From Paraglomus brasilianum (taxonomy: Eukaryota), in the NCBI GenBank assembly GCA_910592345.1, contig CAJVPI010000219.1, positions 1-41,569 of the forward strand: a DNA stretch of 41,569 nt. Direction: 5' to 3'. This document shows positions 36,731 to 41,569 of the stretch, in pieces. The number at the start of each line of letters is the position of its first letter. The stretch's first letter is position 1. Position numbers and translations under genes: made by a program. The notes under the pieces were generated by a model. That model was not told where the DNA came from, did not search any database, and saw only the letters and a list, made by a program, of their open reading frames with translations.

Positions 36731-38305
36731 TTTGTTATTATTATATGAATAGAATGATATTGTTCGTTTGTAAACGCTCTTCCACCAGAGCAAATACACC
36801 TGTAATCGCGCTGTAGTCGGGAATCCTCCTCTTAACAGAAGGCAATATTTTCTTTAGAAACAGTATACAGAACGTGAGATTAATGTAAGCGAGTGAACGA
36901 GTGAACAAGCAGACTTTTTCATATACACCAATCCGTGTTTTCACAATTTCTCGGCATTTCTCCGGTGACTTTATAATTTGAAAACAGCAACAATTATTAT
37001 GGATGATATTCTGTTAAATATGCCTTTTGCCTTGAACTTTTTCTATATTCACGCGTTGTGATACCTTTGCCGTAATGGATAACTTTTTTACTTTCAAAGA
37101 TTAGTGTTGACAGAGAAGCGTCATTTGACAATCTCAAATGGAATGGGGTTATAAGTCTTGATCAGCAATGCACCAACCTCTTGACTTCCCGACTTTATAT
37201 AAGTCCTCCGACAAAAAACCTGTCCCAGGTTGATAACGAGTATTGGTGTAGCGGTGATGTACATAAATATACTGAATCATCTTGACGAGAATATCGAAAT
37301 TACTATAATTAGCCAATATTTATACGTGGATGTACTGTATATTATTCCCGCACAGAAGACAGTCGCCACATGCCCAAGACGATCTCTATAAATAATTAAA
37401 TAATTAACGATATATGATATGCTTTTTTATGACAATGTGTTACATTGCACATTATAAACTATAACGTTTATAAATAATCGATTAAAAACATAAAAAGCAA
37501 AAACGGTTCTCTATAGTTACACAGGACTATACTAATATACGAAGGTTTATGCGAATCGGAAATATTACCATAAACGCCATATGCTTAAACTCTACTGATT
37601 GAGATGGGTTTCCTATGTACAGTACAGACATGTTGATATCAATGGAGGAGAGACTTGTGTCAATTTACTTATTCCCTTTAGTCCTTTACAAATCAGTCAA
37701 CATATCGACTGTATTATCGACTTTTTAATCAATAGTTACAGGATTGGTGCATCATTCCAGGGATGCCGTTCTTAGAATCTAATGAATACCACGTTCTTTC
37801 AGGATACTTCATCCTACGGTAACTATAGGCAGGTAATGAAATTTGTAGAAATACAAAGTCTATAATCGTCAAACTATATTCACGCGTTATTAAGCTTTGC
37901 TCTCTAACTTCCTACCATAAACCTCGGAGCGATAAATAACAGCCATGCAAGCTTTTAAATAATTAATTTTATATCATACCTTTTGGCTACCCACATTCTT
38001 CTCTTATTTAAGTTATCATTGACCTGCTTAATTTGAATGAAGGGTAGATTATTCTGTAAAATGTCTAATTATCAAACACCTGTGATAAAGGTTTAAATTC
38101 AGAACGTGACTTGGTTCCATTCGACCATTCTAAACAATTATGGCATACATTCCCAATAGACCAAATTGCGTTGTCTACTGGGATAATAATAAACACCGTG
38201 TATCAAGGATAAAGAACTAATATTGGATGCGATGTGAATTGGTACTTCAGACAATGCAATTCATCAGTCTACGGTGCAAACGCAAAAACACTGATAGTCA
38301 CAATA

Positions 38306-38501
38306 TGTTGGCACTAGGGTGAGACCCTGCTCGCTAATGCTAAGCGCAAGGCAGGTATATAGGATGTGAATGCCCGAATTAATCTTGCCCTCGTGGTAGC
38401 AATATCCGACAATTCTAGTCTGATACTTCTGCTGTAGGGCTTCCTCTCTTACACGCGTCGATCGGAGGAGTCGTTTCGAAAACGTTTATATCATGCCAAC
38501 A
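38306..38501. other. 196-bp GC-richer structured unit with TGTTGGCA...TGCCAACA termini (solo LTR or structured RNA)
   Basis: 8-bp inverted termini, internal TATATA and several hairpins; no clean TSD. Confidence 0.35.
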
Positions 38502-38554
38502 ACATTAAATTTGGGATTGCTTCGTTTTGTAGACTGTGATTTATTGGAAATTGT

Positions 38555-40396
38555 TCAAATTGATAGAGCATCAGCAAAAAGAAGTTGTTGGGTGTCACCG
38601 AGAGCTATGACAGTTGGCTTGCTCTTGATGGTCTTCTGAGCGATCTGTGTAGTAAGTGTATTAGTTAAGTACTGAGATAAAACAAAAACCTTAAATTTAC
38701 GTGAAACTATTTGGGCACTTACATTCCGAACGTCTTCAACCTTGATATTCTTAATTTGCTCTATAGCACTAGCGATGGAACTATTCTTACCATACAGGGC
38801 CTAGTCACGACAAGGCAAACAAGCAAGCAATTACGTCAATTTCAACAATCCCAATCTCGCTATCTGTTCTCAATATGGTTCTTACCTGACTACCAAATAT
38901 TTCCGCTTTAGCAGACCGACTATCAAAAGATGCTGCTGCTTCAAACGCAGCCTTAGCCGCGGCTCTTTGTAAATCTTCCTTCCCAATTGTCTCTGTCGCA
39001 ATCTTCAATTGCTCTACTGCCGCCAATGCAGTGGCATTAACCGACTTTGGTGATCCATATATGTACGCACCGAATAACCCTGCGTCGGAGTACCCGGCGT
39101 TGAACATACTAACTTTAGTGCCGTGTCCCAACTTACTGATGGTCTTTGCTAAAGGAGAGACGCCTTCGCCCCACTTGGTATGCTTATCACCGTCAATAAG
39201 AAAACGTAGGACTTGTAAAGAGGCAAAGTCGGACGATCCAGCAGATGCTCCGGGGAATGCCAATACAAAATGAGCATCAGGTAACGAACTGGTAATCCTC
39301 GCCTCACCGCCGAAATATTGAGTAGCGGTCGGAGGAACGGCAGTCCCGGTCGGTAGATCATGTAAATACTCTTCTGCTAAAGACTTCAGTTGATCGTGAC
39401 CAACTCCAGTTCCTACAACAGTCACGTTATCCGCGGTATATACTCTATCTGCAAACGACTTCACTACATCTACATTTGATACTTTTGAGATTTCATTAGC
39501 AAACAAGGAATTTCCTAAACCGTTCCGAAATGCGACATTATGGGCGGATTCCAAGGCAGAGACCTCTGGAATGCTATCTGCTGTGCCCTTTTCAAATTGT
39601 ATTTTCTCTCGAATTTCAGAAAATTCCCACGGCGTAAACTTTGTCTTTGTAACAACATCGGATAAAAGTTCCGCAAAGAAAGGACTTTTTTTTATTTGGA
39701 AGGCAATCGATTTGATGGAGTAAGTTAATGCAGCGAAAACATAATGGGACGATAAAGCGTGGGGGGCGAAAAGAGGGACTTACAGATCTTCCCGTAGAAA
39801 TTCAGCATAAAGGATCAAATATTCTCGTGTCAGATTTGCGGATAAAACTCCACCACAGAGTTCAGCTTCACGGATTTGACGTAGTTCGCTGCGTTTGGCT
39901 GTTTTCTATATGTTTTTTTTAGAGAGCATAGCTGATAACTCAATACTCGTATAATTCCATAACCCTTCGAAATAATATCAACATAAACGTCTCTCCGTAA
40001 GAACAAAAATGCTTAAGCCGTCTTTCCTTAATCCTATACAAATCTCTTCCAATAAAATACCTTAAACGCAAAGTTTTTCAGATAATGTGCCACACCAGCG
40101 TTCTCGGACGTCTCAAACCTCGGGCCAGCCTTCACCACAATAGCCAGAGATGAAGCGGGCGCAACATCTTTATTAATGTTAATTATCTCAGTTATTATGT
40201 GACCTAAAACGTTAATAATTCACTATACTCGTCCAGATGAAGTTCCCGCCATTCTTCCTCTACCTCCTACACTGACTACATTAAGGCCAGCTTTTGTCTT
40301 CGATATTTGTACAGGCGGAGAATCGACAACAGTTGCAAGATTACGTCTTAACAAGGAACTCGTTAGTCGAGTTGTATATCTGCCTGTACGAAGCAT
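38555..40396 (-). CDS. QCR2: Cytochrome bc1 complex core subunit 2 (M16 peptidase-like), ~442 aa, 6 exons
   Basis: Exons 40396-40264, 40167-40061, 39905-39784, 39684-38886, 38800-38723, 38644-38555. Arg-rich presequence, KAGPRFE..GVAHYLKNFAFK, AHNVAFRNGLGN, YFGGEAR, YSDAGLFG; lacks HxxEH. Confidence 0.93.
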
Positions 40397-40602
40397 TTTT
40401 TTTTCTTTTTGGTTAAATAGATAGTGATAGCGCGAGATGGAATAGGAGATTTCAGAGATTTTTTTTTCACGTGATTAGATGATGTAACCATAAAAATAGG
40501 CTAGAATTACAAACGAATACTAACGCTGGTTACAATTATCTTCGTAATTCCTGAAGCCATGGCAAAAAGTAAATCACTTTTTGTTCCGAGTTCTGAACAT
40601 TA

Positions 40603-40678
40603 GCAAGAACGTGTCTAGGTACACCTTTAGCGTTCAATCGTAGGTGTAGACAATAAAAGAACGCAAGAACGTGTTTAG
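40603..40678 (+). mobile_element. ~45-bp hairpin element, copy 2, flanked by a 16-bp direct repeat
   Basis: gcaagaacgtgtctag (40603-40618) / gcaagaacgtgtttag (40663-40678) flank the same 30-bp core as 26587-26616. Confidence 0.7.
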
Positions 40679-41285
40679 ACGCTTCTTGGACTTGATCGTT
40701 TGATTTTTAATAAGAGTAATACTGTCTATTAACCTGCTATTCTTTTATGACGAAATCAAAGTATAGTCTTACAAAATTTATGGTGTCTACTAAATGCGGC
40801 TTGCTGGCGTGGCCGCTTTAATTAAGGCGTCAGCTAATGTCGAAGGCGGCTGCGTGCATATTAGTTATGCGTAATATAATTAGTTTATTTATACTTATTC
40901 ATGTAGGATACAACCAGCACTCGGGTGGTTAGAGAGTTGTAGAAGACGTGCTGGTTGTTATAACAAACGGATACGAATTAAGAAAATTACGGACGCAGTA
41001 AGTAAAGATTATTTATCGACGATTATATAAAATCACATGATTATGTCATAATTATAATACACATAATTTATTCAAAGTGTTTATATTAATATGTACGTAT
41101 GTTTATTATTAATAACATTAAATACAATCCAAATTACTTTGTTTTAATTTGTCGAAATGTTGTTTTTCAGCTTTTTTTTTATAGATTTTAATTTCTTTTG
41201 TCTTTTTTCCCCGCTATTATAATTTTTATTATAAGTTTTATTAATTATTATCTTAATTAAATAATATTATAGTTATTACTACTTA

Positions 41286-41497
41286 AAAGGTGGATAAATA
41301 ACCTAATTTCAAACTGGCATGCCAAGCAGCAAACTCACCTTTTACCTCTAACCAGCTTAGGGACAGATCCTTCACAAATAGCTAAGTAATCACCGAATCA
41401 GTCCCTCAGACCCGTCCACTTCCCCAATGTCCCATTGGATCTGGTGATCCCGGCAAACCGTCAGTGAAAAAAAAGGGGGAAGAGCAGGAGAAAAGAG

Positions 41498-41569
<72 letters not shown>
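41286..41569 (+). mobile_element. Probable 3' end of a 5'-truncated LINE with poly(A) tail reaching the window edge
   Basis: Abrupt GC rise after ttAAAA, ~34 open codons ending TAA (~41388), ~110-nt UTR with hairpin ccaatg-tcc-cattgg, then 72 A (41498-41569). Confidence 0.55.

Noticed and set aside
37975..37992. ccttttggcta, similar to the U2 snRNA 5' stem
   Set aside because: The rest of U2 (branch-pairing GTAGTA context, Sm site) is absent.
36741..38300. Fragmentary coding-like sequence
   Set aside because: Interrupted by stops and not identifiable as any family.
1..41569. CRISPR arrays, tRNA, rRNA or prokaryotic operons
   Set aside because: None seen; the DNA is eukaryotic with spliceosomal introns, and even the bacterial-type HMGR is intron-split, which argues against contamination.

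Overview
AT-rich, intron-dense eukaryotic DNA from an early-diverging fungus. Mucoromycota, probably Glomeromycotina-like, is inferred from gene content, short GT-AG introns and the style of the Tc1/IS630 transposase relics. Manual splicing supports 14 protein-coding genes: a Myb factor cut by the left edge, an FPK1/KIN82/nrc-2-type AGC kinase, an intronless TPR protein, a GNS1/SUR4 elongase, a tail-anchored WCPPC nucleoredoxin-like protein, a CFA/CMAS-family SAM methyltransferase, ELP3, an FHA plus acidic-tail protein, a bacterial-type class II HMG-CoA reductase with five introns, RPL30, CHIP/STUB1, a MARVEL protein, an apparently stand-alone ABCC/MRP TMD0-like membrane protein, and QCR2. Intergenic DNA holds three TA-flanked Tc1/mariner-type MITEs, two decayed transposases, a decayed TPR paralogue, several 45-60 bp hairpin-bearing inserts flanked by 15-16 bp target-site duplications, and a probable LINE 3' end running into the terminal poly(A). 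The most notable observations are the class II HMGR, the solo TMD0 gene, the micro-retroposon family, and a sharply bounded CpG-depleted block inside an intact gene. All family assignments come from recognised motifs, not database searches.
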